From: Rhodosorus marinus CCMP1338
Lineage: Eukaryota > Plantae > Rhodophyta
Reading direction: 5' to 3'
Length of the DNA stretch: 64,000 nt
Assembly: GCA_029953675.1 (NCBI GenBank)
Contig: JAMWBK010000003.1
Location: forward strand, 3,289,002-3,353,001
In this document: in pieces, positions 46,001-57,242 of the stretch
How positions within the stretch are numbered: position 1 is the stretch's first letter
How the letters are laid out: every line of letters starts with the position of its first letter
Notes under the pieces: generated by a model
The model's database searches: none
Told to the model about the DNA's origin: nothing
The model's input: the letters and a program-made list of their open reading frames with translations, nothing else
Made by a program: the position numbers and the translations under genes

Positions 46001-47345
46001 CGAGGGCCCGACCGGAACCGCTCCAACAAGATCCTCTCAAGGCGCTGAATCCGTAGCCAATGGATCGCTGCCGCCTTCACGCTGCTCTCATGCTCAGAGA
46101 GCCCTGCCGTTTCTCCCGGAGACAGGAACGGTCAAAATCGAAGTGCAAAACCACCTGCGGGTTGCAGCGCAGCCACCGGGCGCTCTCAGGCCACTGCTCG
46201 GTAGGCTTCGCCAGCAAGGCCTCCAGGTACTTGGCGGCGGTTGCGGAGGCCAAAAACAGCACATCGTTACCCTCATAGTTTGCGAAGAAGAAATCACCCC
46301 GGCTGCACCCTAACGATTCCGCAAAAGTGTCCCGGAAGTCTCGCATAGACGGAACCTGTCCTCGTGTAGTCTGGGGCCGGACATTTCGCACCCACAGAAA
46401 TTGGAGAGTGGTCTCCACAGGTCCATCCTGAGGCTCGCGAGATGGTAGGAAACGAAGCATAGCCGCCGTACGTGTGGCAGTGGTGCCCTTCCGCAAGACT
46501 GATGCGTACGAAGCGCCCCCCTTGCGGCCACCACGTGCCCCCGCAGTAGCCGAGAGCTGGTGACCACCTGAGGGCTGGTCCAAGAGAGGGAAGTCCACAG
46601 CTGCAGTCTCCTCCACATCGGTTGCCGCACAGTCACCACCACCATTGCCTCGAGTCCCCGAGCGCTGAAGCGCGTTTTGGCCCGGCCTGCCGCTCCCCAA
46701 CGTCGTACTGTCCCGTGCAGAAGCAACCGCACTCGCCTGTCCCGGGACAGGTTCATGTTGATTGACCTGATGTTGACTGCCTTCAGCCAACGTTGCCACT
46801 CTGGGGCAATTCAAATTCTCGTCCGAATTTGAATTTGACCTGGCCAGCAATCCCGATTCCAGCCCACCTAGCTTCTGGGTGAGCTGAGGTAGCACTCCAC
46901 GATCACTCGCAGCCGTGATCAGGCTGGTGACAGCGGAGATAAGTGCACGCGCCTGGGTGCCAGAAGCGCCTTCCAAGTCAACCTCGGAAGAAAAGGTGCC
47001 GCAGCTGAGGCGAACACGGAGTCCCCCACCTGGCAGTGCCTCCTTGGGAGGAGGCTCCGTCGAGCGCGGAGATATCCCTACCATCCTGAGGGAATGCGCA
47101 AAGTAAACGTTGCACCACCAATATGAAACCGCACCGAGAGAATAATCGACCAAACCCAACCCAAATAGGAAAGGCCCCGCACAACACACCCACCCGGAAG
47201 ACAGAAGTAGTTGCAAATGCAAACGACGCCCCGCGGCAAATCGAGGGGAAGGCGTACCAGAGGAAGCGCTTCCCGTAAACGAACACGCTCGCGACCGAAA
47301 AAGAAACAAAACCCCAATCCTCGACAACAACTCACAGCTGACTTG
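46001..47345 (-). mobile_element. Family C 5' part: 5' UTR + ORF1 (likely ATG at 47084)
   Basis: ORF 46077-47330 contains MVGISPRSTEPPPK and is near-identical to 34000-34616 where they overlap. Confidence 0.85.
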
Positions 47346-47354
47346 GACCGTTTC

Positions 47355-47866
47355 TGCTACGCAAGGCGTGAAGATGAACTAATAACTAGGGAGGGAAGCA
47401 TGCAACTCCAGGCGCCGATGGCGCGCCTCGGAAAGCATGTCGCTGGAATATCGCCAAAGGGAGACACTTAAACGACTCAAGAGCGCCAAATATTCAGTAG
47501 GATGCTCAGCAAAACATTTCCGCAACCACTCTAAACCCGACTTATCCACGTGACCAAAGCTTTCCACAATGAATGGCTGGAACCGGTGAGAGCGACCCTC
47601 AGCGCAAGGCAGACTGGCCATGCTCTCAGCATACCGTCGTTCCTTAGCTCTTCGAAGGGCTGAAGCCGCGGCCCCCCGGCGGCGGGCGGCTGCGGTGAAG
47701 TGGGCGCTGGCCACGGGGCAGGTAATCGCAAGGTCCACATATGTTGAGCGTCTGGCAGCAGCGTCGGAGACGAGGAGATCGGCTATACAACGGGGCGGTG
47801 CAGAGTCCGAGATTGATCTGGGCAGTTCCGACTCAACCTCAACCGTATGCCCTATCCGAGTCAAAA
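47355..47866 (-). mobile_element. Family C 3' fragment in tandem with the previous copy
   Basis: ORF 47379-47864 differs from the 30521-33592 C-terminus at only a few residues. Confidence 0.9.
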
Positions 47867-47993
47867 ATGTCTCTAGCTACGATAAAAAAGAAAAATAAGG
47901 GATCAGTGGCTGGTCCGACTGATTCACGCGCAAAGCCCTAACGCGAGCTCTGCGTTACCTGCCCAAAGTGTTCTGTTTAGTTGAGCCCGCACG

Positions 47994-49958
47994 TTGCTCA
48001 ACTCGTACACGGAATCAGTTTGTCATCTGGATGCTCTGTCACCATCGCCTCCTTATAGTGTGCAAGTTTCCAACGCTCCGCCTGTTTTGCTGCATAACCA
48101 TTGTTGTCTTTGCTGTTGGGTAGGTGTCTCGCCTGTAGGGGTGACATCACCGTCACATCGATCGCAAATTGTTGCCATGTTCTAGGGTGTATAGCTACCA
48201 AATCAGGTTGTAGATTCGAGTTCGTGAAGTAGCCTGTAGGTTCTTGCTGAACATCTCTGAACTGCCATCTGTTAAGCCAACGCGCCAGCTCAGTGCAGAG
48301 CTCACACCAGACTAACGTAACCTCCGCCAACTCGTCTGGTAAGTCAGCTGCCGCAGGTTCTGGGAAGAGTCCTCAGAGTTGGCTCCAGGTAGCCTCGGCG
48401 AAGGGAGCCATTTCCGTTCCCTGTAGTCGACGAGCAGCATCCGAGAGGCGAACGAGATGTCCCAGTTTCAGGGCTTGTTTCTGGCGTCCTAAAGCTTGGC
48501 GGCGAGTCGCTTCGGTTCCCGGTGGAGCAGTACTCTGCTGCAGTGGGGACGTCCTGTCTTCAAGCGCGGTCCAGACCGTATGGAATTCTCGCTCGAGCAC
48601 ATGTGTGACCTGAAGACCAATGTCACGAGTACAACGTCCTAGCACTAGGCCTGGAAGTCCGACAAGAAGCAGAGTGGCGTTGGCAGATGCAGCGGTGTCC
48701 ATGGAGATCTCAAGAGCTGCACGAAGAAGGCGGCTCCAGGTATTGACGAGGGCACAAAGCGCCGTGTGGGTACCGGCAGTGTGTTAGGCACGTCCAATGC
48801 CTGCCTCCTGTCGTAACTTGGTCAACGAAGTCGGTCCACCGTTTGATCCAGGCTTGACGCTCCGAGAAGAACAGAGGCTCGTCGCGTCTTCGTTTGATTC
48901 CCCTTTGTCGGCTGGGCATTATTGCGTGGGTGGTGTCAGTGTGGTCGGCCTGTGGTCCAGTGTTGCCCTGTGGAGCCTCTACGGCTGCCGGAGTCATCTC
49001 GGTATCCTGGCCTGTGCCATCAGTGGATACTCGCGACCGCTTGTGTTGAGGAGGCTCGGGAAGGTTGCAGAGGAGCTTTGCGTGAGGGTTATCCTCGGGT
49101 GCAGCTTCTTCAGGTACTTGGGAAGTCGCTAAGGGATTACCCGGAGCGTCGACTGTCCCACGGGCTGCCTGTGCGTCTCACGTGAGGGACGAGGCTTCAG
49201 GGTCTGCGTTCGTGGCGGCTGCAGGTGCTGGGGGTTCCTCGCTCTCCCCGGGTACCGTTGGAGTACGTTGTGTGGCTTGTAGGGCTCCGAGTCTGCTCTC
49301 CAGGTACTCGTGTATCGCTGCGAGAGTGTTGAACGAGAGTTGCCTTCTGCGAAGCCTCGCGCGGATCCGGATAGTCTGTTCAATGTCCCTTTTCAGGGTC
49401 TGGGCCCCGACGTTCGCTGGGGCAATGAGCTGACGTTCATTATAGCCCAACAGGTTGTCTGTATCCAGTGCCTGGCCCGTGTAGAGAGTCACTTGCCGAT
49501 CGGGGTGTCTCTTGGTGAACGATCCGAAGATCCCCGTCCTGAAAACGCCCCGAGAGATGGCGCTTTGTAGAATCGGAATCGCGTCCGGATGGCAAAGTCC
49601 AGTCCAGAGTAAGCACGCATTGGAAACGATGAAGTCCACGTGCGCCACATAAGAGCTCGGAATCCCCAAGGCTTTGCAAAGAACCGTGGTGAAGTCCGAT
49701 GGGGCTACCTCGTCCAACCGTGGCGATCTTACGTTCCTCAGGGTCACCAGTACCGGCGTGGTCTCAGGTCCCCAGGAGGACCCTCCCTCTGTGGCGTGCA
49801 GCTGCCGCAGCGCTGCCTGCTGGCTCTGTGGGCCTGGGCGTCCTGCTGGTCGGATTTGAGCCTCTGATTCTCGAGCTGGAGTATTTTGGACAGTGCGCTT
49901 AGCGTACGTTGGCCGTGTGCTGCTGGTCCCGGCAACAGGGAAGGCCGTGGCATAGTCC
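47994..49958 (-). mobile_element. Family A fragments (ORF1, TAATG junction, ORF2 start; then an RLE piece) separated by an inverted telomere remnant
   Basis: ORFs 49178-49747, 48710-48997, 48373-48702 and 47998-48330. TAATG lies at 48917-48921 on the minus strand. Confidence 0.85.
48307..48322 (-). repeat. Interstitial telomere remnant, inverted
   Basis: CCAGACTAACGTAACC is one exact C-strand unit. Confidence 0.9.
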
Positions 49959-50177
49959 TGTTAGAACTTGCCCTGACAGCTGTGTAAACTATGTAAGACA
50001 CTCCCTACTTTAGTGTAAGATCCCTACTTTAGTGTAAGACGCTAGTGTGCTAGTATTTCTACTTTACTGTCTGGCACGTCTTAGTTTACAGATACCAAGA
50101 CTATATAAGACCTAGCATTGCTAGATCTTGAGACCTAGAATGGAGTAAAGGACAAGTTGGTTAGAAGAGTTCTAACA
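49959..50177 (+). repeat. 5' LTR (219 bp)
   Basis: TG...CA ends with a 6-bp terminal inverted repeat, TATATAA at 50102-50108, and an internal ~20-bp tandem duplication in U3. Confidence 0.9.
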
Positions 50178-50266
50178 GTGGTCTCATCGCTCAAAGGTTT
50201 AAGAGGATACGAACGGAGGGAGGGGCGATCTAGCGGAAGCAGGAGGACTCGAGTAGCCAACTTCAA

Positions 50267-50959
50267 ATGACTACGTTTACCATACCCCCGCCCGAGGCTT
50301 ACGACGGCAAGCGGGATTTCGTCAAAATTCAGACGTTCGTAGCCTCACTGCGTGGCTACCTGAACTTCCATCACGCAGCAGACTCCGGCCGCCAGTCAGT
50401 CCAGTACGCGGGGCTGTTTTTGAGAGCCCAGGCCCAGGTCTGGTACCAGGGTCTTCGACAAGCGGCGGATGGCATCCCGGAGGCACTGGACTCCCTCGAA
50501 GACTTCGAACAGGCCCTGCGAGGACAGTTCGAGCCTCACGACCATATCGAGCGAGTCCGGGCCAAACTGCGCAGCGCTCGACAACGCGGCCCTGATGTCA
50601 CCCGTTACGTCGACTATCTGGATGAACTTTTCATGCAATTGGGCGAGTTCATCAGCGACTCTGAAAAGCTGGAGCGCTTTAAGGCGGGCTTGACTGGTCG
50701 TGAGCGAGACTTCGTCTATTATGGTCGACCCAAGACCTATGAAGAAGCGAAAGCCATCGCATTGAGCCTGGCGGGTGCCCACGAGATGCCGAAGGAAGCG
50801 ACGAAGGGATCCTCGGATCCACCAAGAAGCAAACCCCGCACAACGTCACCGCGCCGGCCCCACACGCGCAGCATGGGGTCACCGCCAACCTGCTACCAGT
50901 GTCAAGAGGTAGGACACTTTAAACAAGACTGCCCCCGGCGACTGGCGTATTTGCAGTGA
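50267..50959 (+). CDS. gag: Gypsy Gag with CCHC Zn knuckle
   Basis: PEAYDGKRD, retrotransposon gag-like helices, CYQCQEVGHFKQDC. Confidence 0.9.
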   Translation: MTTFTIPPPEAYDGKRDFVKIQTFVASLRGYLNFHHAADSGRQSVQYAGLFLRAQAQVWYQGLRQAADGIPEALDSLEDFEQALRGQFEPHDHIERVRAKLRSARQRGPDVTRYVDYLDELFMQLGEFISDSEKLERFKAGLTGRERDFVYYGRPKTYEEAKAIALSLAGAHEMPKEATKGSSDPPRSKPRTTSPRRPHTRSMGSPPTCYQCQEVGHFKQDCPRRLAYLQ

Positions 50960-51013
50960 GGTGACACGCTTATCGAGCCTACAGCAGGAAAACTAACGGA
51001 CTCCGGACGAGGG

Positions 51014-54000
51014 ATGCCGTCCGAGAGTCCAACGACCAGCATCCCAACCGTTGGGTTACAGCAACGGGGTAATGCAGGCCTAACTGCAATAGGCGTGGTA
51101 GCGGCGGAACCGGTGGAATGTCTCATCGACACCGGTGCGGTGACGGCAATTAGAGAGGACGTTGCGAAAGCCGCCAACCTACCGAGGTACGACGAGCCAC
51201 GGACATACGGGTTGGCTGTCGGTGAGGAGACCGTGATCAGCCCCGGAGTGACGGAGACAACGATCACACTCCAGGGACGACAATTCAAGACGAAGCTACG
51301 AATATTCAAGCATCTAAGCCACGATGTATACTTAGGTCTCGATTTCTTGAGGCAACATCGAATAACTGTCGATTGTAGCGCGGAACCCCCACAGCTGGTA
51401 CTGGGAGCGGAAGACACCAGCATGCGGGGAATAACAAGTATGGAGACGGAGGAAGAAATAGGGGAGAGGTCTGGCGCGGTCATCCGGGAAGGGAAAGGCC
51501 TAGAGAAAGGCGGAAAGGACCAGGTTGCTGACCCAGGAGAGAAGTTTGGTGCCGTCATCCGGAAAGAGTTTCCCCAAGTTTTCCAAGATACACTGCCGTT
51601 GCCACCGAAGAACCGGCAATTATATGCACTCAAAATCGAATTGGAACCATGGGCGAGTACACCAGCTCAACGCGCATATTCGATGTCACGGGTCGACCGA
51701 GAGCGGCTACAAGGAGAGTTGCACGACTTGGAAGAGCAAGGATTTATCTCACGGAGCAGAAGTCCGTATGCTGCACCTGTGTTGTACGTGGACAAAAAGG
51801 ACGGTGGGCGACGCCTCTGCATCGACTATCGCCGGTTGAACCAGATCACCGTGCGAGAAAGAACGACCCCGCCTAGAGTGGAGGAACTATTGGATACCCT
51901 GAGCACGCGCGGGTTTTCACAACGTTAGACCTCCGCTCGGGATATTGGCAGTTGCCAATTGAACAGGCATCACGCGAGAAGACGGCCTTTGTCACGTGCT
52001 TCGGACAATACCAGTGGAATGTCATGCCGTTTGGGTTGAAGAATGCGCCCTCGGCATTCATCCGCTACTTGACGGATGTATTATATGATCTTCTCAACCA
52101 GTGCGTGGTGTTATACGTTGACGACATTCTGGTATATTCCCCAGATGACACACAACACCAGGCCGATGTTCGAAAGGTGCTACGACGCCTCGAGCAGCAT
52201 CAGCTGATCGTCAAATATTCGAAGTGCGGTTTTGGATTACGCCAAGTTTGCTACCTAGGCCAAATCTTGGCGGGAGGCACTCGACGTCCCGATCCGGAAA
52301 AGGTCAAAGCAGTTCAGAATTGGAAGACGCCAACGACGGTTAAGGAGCTACGGGCCTTCATGGGTTTCGCGAACTTCTTGCGCCCCTTTGTACCACACTT
52401 TGCCCAGGTGGCGGCGCCCCTCCACAGGCTAACGAAGAAAGACCAAAAGTGGGGTTGGCAAGCGAACGAACAACAAGCCTTTGATGGGTTAAAGTCCGCC
52501 ATATCAGCAACCACCATGCTGTACATGGTTGATCCGATCCTCCCCTTCATCGTGCAGACGGACGCAAGCGACACCGGGGTGGGTGCTGTCCTATTCCAGA
52601 CCCGCCAGGATCGGGAGGTGCCCGTGGCGTATATGTCCCGATCCTTCAATAGCACCGAGAAACGCTACAGTACGTACGAGAAAGAACTCTACGCTATCGT
52701 CCTGGCCATCCGCGGGTGGTCCGTGTATCTTGATGGGCAACAGTTCACTGTGCGTACGGACCATAACCCGCTACGCTTCTTGCAAACACAGACGACATTA
52801 ACTCGTCGGCAGGCGCGGTACGTGAACATATTACTACCCTACTCCTTTGAGGTTCAATGCGTACGCGGCAAGATAAACGTCGCGGATGCACTGAGTCGCG
52901 ACGCACTACGAGCCAACCGCGTCACGATGGAAGCCGATTGGACTCCAGAGTACCAAGCTGATCCAGAATTCTGCACGCAATTTCGCAGCCCGGACCAGTT
53001 TGAGGGTTTCCAACGAAAAAAGGGTCTATTATTCCTCCATGCACGACTTTGCGTACCCGAACGCCGTGTTAATGAGGTCATCGATGGGCACCACCAGTCC
53101 CTAACGTCAGGCCATTTTGGCGCACAAGCTACTTACCGTGTGGTGCGACGACGCTATTACTGGCCCAGCATGAGGAAGGACATCTTCACGCGCGTCCAGC
53201 AATGCTCGGTTTGTGCACGAGAACAACCGCTGCGTCGGCATCAAGGGGAACTACAACCCCTCCCGATACCGGAACAGCGGGCCTCTGATTGGTCGGTGGA
53301 TTTCATCACTGCATTTCCCAACGTCGAGGGCTATGATGCCATTCTGGTGGTCGTTGACCGGCTTACGAAGTATGCCGTGTTCATCCCCACAACGAAGACG
53401 GTGACTGCAGAAGAGGTGGCAGCGCTAATCGTGAAGAATATTATCACGTGGTTCGGACTACCACGAAGCTTCGTCACTGATCGTGATAAGGTCTTTACCG
53501 CCACATTCTGGCGCCACCTAATGCGAATAATGGGGATTGACCACCTACTTTCGACGGCATATCACCCTGAAACGGATGGGCAAACAGAACGCGTCAATCA
53601 GACCCTCCAGATCATGCTGAGATGCTGTTGTACGAGCCACACTTGGGTACAGAGTTTACCCCTGCTTCAACTGGCGTATAATAATCATACTTCAGCGAGT
53701 ACCGGGTATTCACCATATTTCTTGTTAACAGGAGGGCACCCGCGGCTCAATTTGGACACCTCAACCCCTACTACTACGATTCATAATCTGGCCGATGCTG
53801 TTACTGCCTTTTCGCAACGTCAAGAACGAATCCTCGCTGACGCACGGAAATCTATGGCCCTGGCGCAAAAGTTATACACGGAACAAGCAAATTCACGACG
53901 TCATGCCAAAATCTTCAATATCGGAGACAACGTTTATTTGTCAACGCGGAATCTCTCACTGGAGGGCCCAACCCGCTTCCAACCTCGATGGTTGGGCCCG

Positions 54001-54366
54001 TTTCCCGTGATCGAGAAACACTCTGATGTGGCATACACTCTGCAATTACCGGATGAAATGCGGATACATCCGACATTTCACGTTTCCTTGCTAAAAGGTG
54101 CCCCTACGTGTCCTCCGAATTCTCCGATACGGAGTATCCCTCTCCAATCGGATCTCTATTCAACGTTACCGATCCTGTCGGTATTGGGAGTCCGCCATGC
54201 GGCTACCGGTGTCCGACAGTTCCTATGTTATCGCGAAAACGAATCCTACTCTGATGCGACTTGGATAACCGAGCCGGACTACCCCACCGATCTACAATCT
54301 CGACGACGCTTACGACACTACCTCAATTATCGCAAGGCGCTTGACGCGCTACCTTCAACTTCTTGA
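51014..54366 (+). pseudogene. pol: Gypsy Pol (protease-RT-RNaseH-integrase-GPY/F-chromodomain-like) with a 1-bp frameshift near 51908
   Basis: LIDTGA, SPYAAPVL, CIDYRRLN, YVDDIL, QTDASD, integrase HHCC and DDE, WLGPF...HPTFHVSLLK, and ATWITE. Adding one G at ~51908 restores TARVFTTLDLRSGYWQ. Confidence 0.9.
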
Positions 54367-54413
54367 GTTTGTCCCCAAACTCGGCGGGAGGAATGTTAGA
54401 ACTTGCCCTGACA

Positions 54414-55069
54414 TCAGCCCCCTTGGCCGTACGAGATGGGTTCGTCGTGCCCTCTCTGCTCTCAGACTGAAGACAACGCAGATTTTGGCGCCCACCTGCT
54501 CGCTAGTTGCCCGGCGGTGAAAGGTGCTCGAACCCGCCGCCACACACGGATCTTGAACCTGTTATACCGGGAACTTCGGCCTATAGTCCGGCAAGCCGGT
54601 CTGGAAATCGAACGTGAGAAACCTTTACCCGTCGCGGACTTTCAAAATGATGAACGCCGTGTAGCCGACCTGGTGATCACCTGTGACGACAGCCGCCGTA
54701 CCACATACGTTGATCTTGCTGTTCCTAACCCTCAAGCTAGTCGTTATCTCCCGGCTGCGGGGGAGCGCCGTGGATCTGCCGCCGCCAGCATGAGACGCCG
54801 CAAAGAGATCAAATACGCGGGGGCTTTGTCTTCCCCTGGTGTTCGTGCTTCGGCACTAGCACATCGCTTGGTACCCCTGATCATTGAGTGCTTTGGGTTC
54901 ATGGACTCTGTTGGTTCTCGCTGGCTTCGGGAGTTGTTCCGCGAACGCCCTGACCGTCTTCAATTGTTGTTTACCCGCTTAAGTTTCCTGCTGTGGCGCA
55001 TGAATGCCGCTTTGATGTTGGAGGCGCGAGTACTTCGCCGCGCTTAGTCTTTTTTTCCCCTCGGGGTTT
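54414..55069 (+). mobile_element. Family D fragment, truncated at both ends
   Basis: ORF 54436-55047 is near-identical to the end of 19611-20540. The 3' UTR stops at CTCGGGGTTT. Confidence 0.92.
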
Positions 55070-55099
55070 ACGTTAGTCTGGGGTTACGTTAGTCTGGGG
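55063..55099 (+). repeat. Interstitial telomere (about 2.3 units)
   Basis: GGGGTTTACGTTAGTCT GGGGTTACGTTAGTCT GGGG. Confidence 0.92.
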
Positions 55100-55100
55100 G

Positions 55101-55596
55101 TGACATTCTAGCCCGACACCCACGAACAGGCAAGCTCTACGTGATCGATGTGAAGGTGACCTCGCCTTTGCAAAGAACACACCTCCACAAAGCGTCTTGG
55201 GAGACCGGGTATGCGGCACGGAAAGCGGAAAAGTTTAAAGAGTCCAAATACCGTGACAGTATCGGAGAACATAACGACGACATCTTCGTCCCCTTCTGCC
55301 TGGAAACATTTGGGCAGATGGGACAACAAGCGAGTGAGTTCCTCAAGGAAGCGACTATACACCTGGATCAGCGGGCAACGCAAGTAAGTGAGGCTCGGGC
55401 GATCTTGAACCGCACTTTGTGGAAAGGAAACGCTATCCTTGCCACCCAGGCACGTCGTGTCGACGAAGCAGACTATGACATCGTCCCTATCTTAGAACGT
55501 AGCCACACAACCCATTAGGGGTTTCTTTGCTGACCAATAGGATCCTTATTGCTTCTTAATGGGCTCCAATAGGGAGTTCTTCAGTAAAGTGTACGC
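55101..55596 (+). mobile_element. Family B, 5'-truncated copy (RLE + 3' UTR)
   Basis: Appears identical to 59983-60478. Confidence 0.92.
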
Positions 55597-55658
55597 GGTT
55601 ACGTTAGTCTGGGGTCATTGAGGGTTTGTTAGTCTGGGGTTGACGTTAGTCTGGGGTT
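55597..55658 (+). repeat. Telomere remnant plus variant repeats
   Basis: One exact unit, then TCATTGAGGGTTT-GTTAGTCTGGGG-TTGACGTTAGTCTGGGGTT. Confidence 0.85.
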
Positions 55659-55726
55659 GGACTTTGGAGTTTATCGTGGTGATAAAGTTACACTTTCATT
55701 CTTTCTACGAACGCTTATCGAGTGAT

Positions 55727-57112
55727 ATGACTACTCTCGAGCCCGTGCCTCCGGATGGGGGGGGCTTTTGCACAGACGCAACGATGGAAGACCTCCCGGC
55801 CGTTAGCCTGAGGGCAGACGGACCCGAGCCTCTGCCCGTACCTGTTTCTGAGCCTACAACTGCATCTGCACTTGACAACGACGTACCTACTCCCTTGGCT
55901 ATTGACCTGAGCTGCGGAGCGCTGAAGCTGCATCTCGACGCGCCCAAGCATAAGACCCCGCTCTACAATGGGCTTATGCTGCGGTTTATGGGTCTCTTAG
56001 CCCAGGCACACGCCAATGGCACCGAGGCTCAACTCCTTCACAATCTGACTACGACGCCACACAAAGCTGCCCCGAGGGCACAACGCCCCCTCCCTGTCTA
56101 CGAACCAGCAAACTACGCCACTGCAGCAGCCCGCCCGCGATCTCCCGAGACACGTGATCTCGATTCCAATGCATTCCCAGATCTCGCAACGGCCAATGAG
56201 CAAGCACGGACAAGGACTCGAGCTCAACCTCAACCAATGAGCTGGACGACACGTGTCCGCGCCAACCAGACCCCAGCAGCTGCCAATCGCTCGTTTTTCG
56301 CGAGCATTCATGGGCTGCAGTACCAGAGCCAGAAGGACGTTGATGCATTTGTGCTACTCAATGCTCGACCTCGGGACTCCACCAGAAGCAAGGCCCATCA
56401 TGCTTGGGATATCGAGCGCCTAGCCGGCCTTCAGAAAAATTCGCTGCTCCAGCTGGACTACTTTGATCATCATGTACACGTCATCGCTCATCATACCGCC
56501 TTCCAACTACTCCGCGACGCTACCAACGCAGGGGCCTTCGAACCCACCAGAGGAGCACACCTGCCTCCTGATCAACGTATCCAAGCTGTCAAGCTCTCTC
56601 CAACGTCACACGAATACCTGAGCATGAGGGAAAAGCTCCGTCACCAACCGGCAGACTATCCCCGCGCTGCACTGATCCACAACCTGCTCCGCTACCGACG
56701 GATCCAGCGGATTGTTACAAATCGCAGGAGTCTCCCACCCAACAACCGAGAGGCACTCCTGGGCCACGTCAGGGCCGAGCTCGATCGCACCCTGGCCAGC
56801 CTCCACGCTCACGCTCAACGAGCACCCGACAGTTGCCTGCGCGTGCCATTCTCCGACCCTGAGCTTCCAGAGCACTCGACAACAACCGAGCGCAGAGAGC
56901 CACGCTCTCTGGACCGAACCCGGGTAGCTGACCCTCAACCGGCGGCACTGGAGAGGGAGAGTGCGGAACCCCTCGCAGCGACTACGCATAGCGCTGATTC
57001 TGCCCAAGTCCCAGCCGCTCGGGAGGACAACACGCCTGAGACGCCTGCCGCGACAGCCCGTGATCCACTAGACTCGGAGCCTGACCCTCCACCACTAGCG
57101 ATCAACCAGTGA
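55727..57112 (+). CDS. Family B ORF1 (first ATG at 55727)
   Basis: Long open frame. The segment VLLNARP...LQLDYFDHHVHVIAHHTAFQLL aligns by eye with A and C ORF1. Confidence 0.8.
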   Translation: MTTLEPVPPDGGGFCTDATMEDLPAVSLRADGPEPLPVPVSEPTTASALDNDVPTPLAIDLSCGALKLHLDAPKHKTPLYNGLMLRFMGLLAQAHANGTEAQLLHNLTTTPHKAAPRAQRPLPVYEPANYATAAARPRSPETRDLDSNAFPDLATANEQARTRTRAQPQPMSWTTRVRANQTPAAANRSFFASIHGLQYQSQKDVDAFVLLNARPRDSTRSKAHHAWDIERLAGLQKNSLLQLDYFDHHVHVIAHHTAFQLLRDATNAGAFEPTRGAHLPPDQRIQAVKLSPTSHEYLSMREKLRHQPADYPRAALIHNLLRYRRIQRIVTNRRSLPPNNREALLGHVRAELDRTLASLHAHAQRAPDSCLRVPFSDPELPEHSTTTERREPRSLDRTRVADPQPAALERESAEPLAATTHSADSAQVPAAREDNTPETPAATARDPLDSEPDPPPLAINQ

Positions 57113-57242
57113 CCCCTGCAGAGCCGATGCAAGGACTTTCGACGGCCCAAGACAAGAGACAAGTGGCTCCACCCACTAAGCGCCCTAAGCCTGCCAACGC
57201 CGTCGACGACCTCACGCCCGACTCCCTCTCGTCGACTCAATC

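Larger units (their letters stand above)
49959..54413 (+). mobile_element. Ty3/gypsy LTR retrotransposon (chromovirus-like), 3' LTR truncated to 20 nt
   Basis: 5' LTR TGTTAG...CTAACA at 49959-50177, PBS-like TGGTCTCATCGC from 50179, gag, PR-RT-RH-IN, purine tract 54383-54393, and LTR start repeated at 54394-54413. Confidence 0.95.

Noticed and set aside
50129-50186. Tf1-like self-priming: TGAGACC near the predicted transcript start pairs with GGTCTCA in the PBS
   Set aside because: Only 7 bp, and the PBS starts with TGG as expected for tRNA CCA pairing.
54394-54413. 20-nt TG...CA remnant as a genuine mini-LTR produced by normal integration
   Set aside because: No target-site duplication (left AGTCC, right TCAGC), and the two flanks come from different elements.
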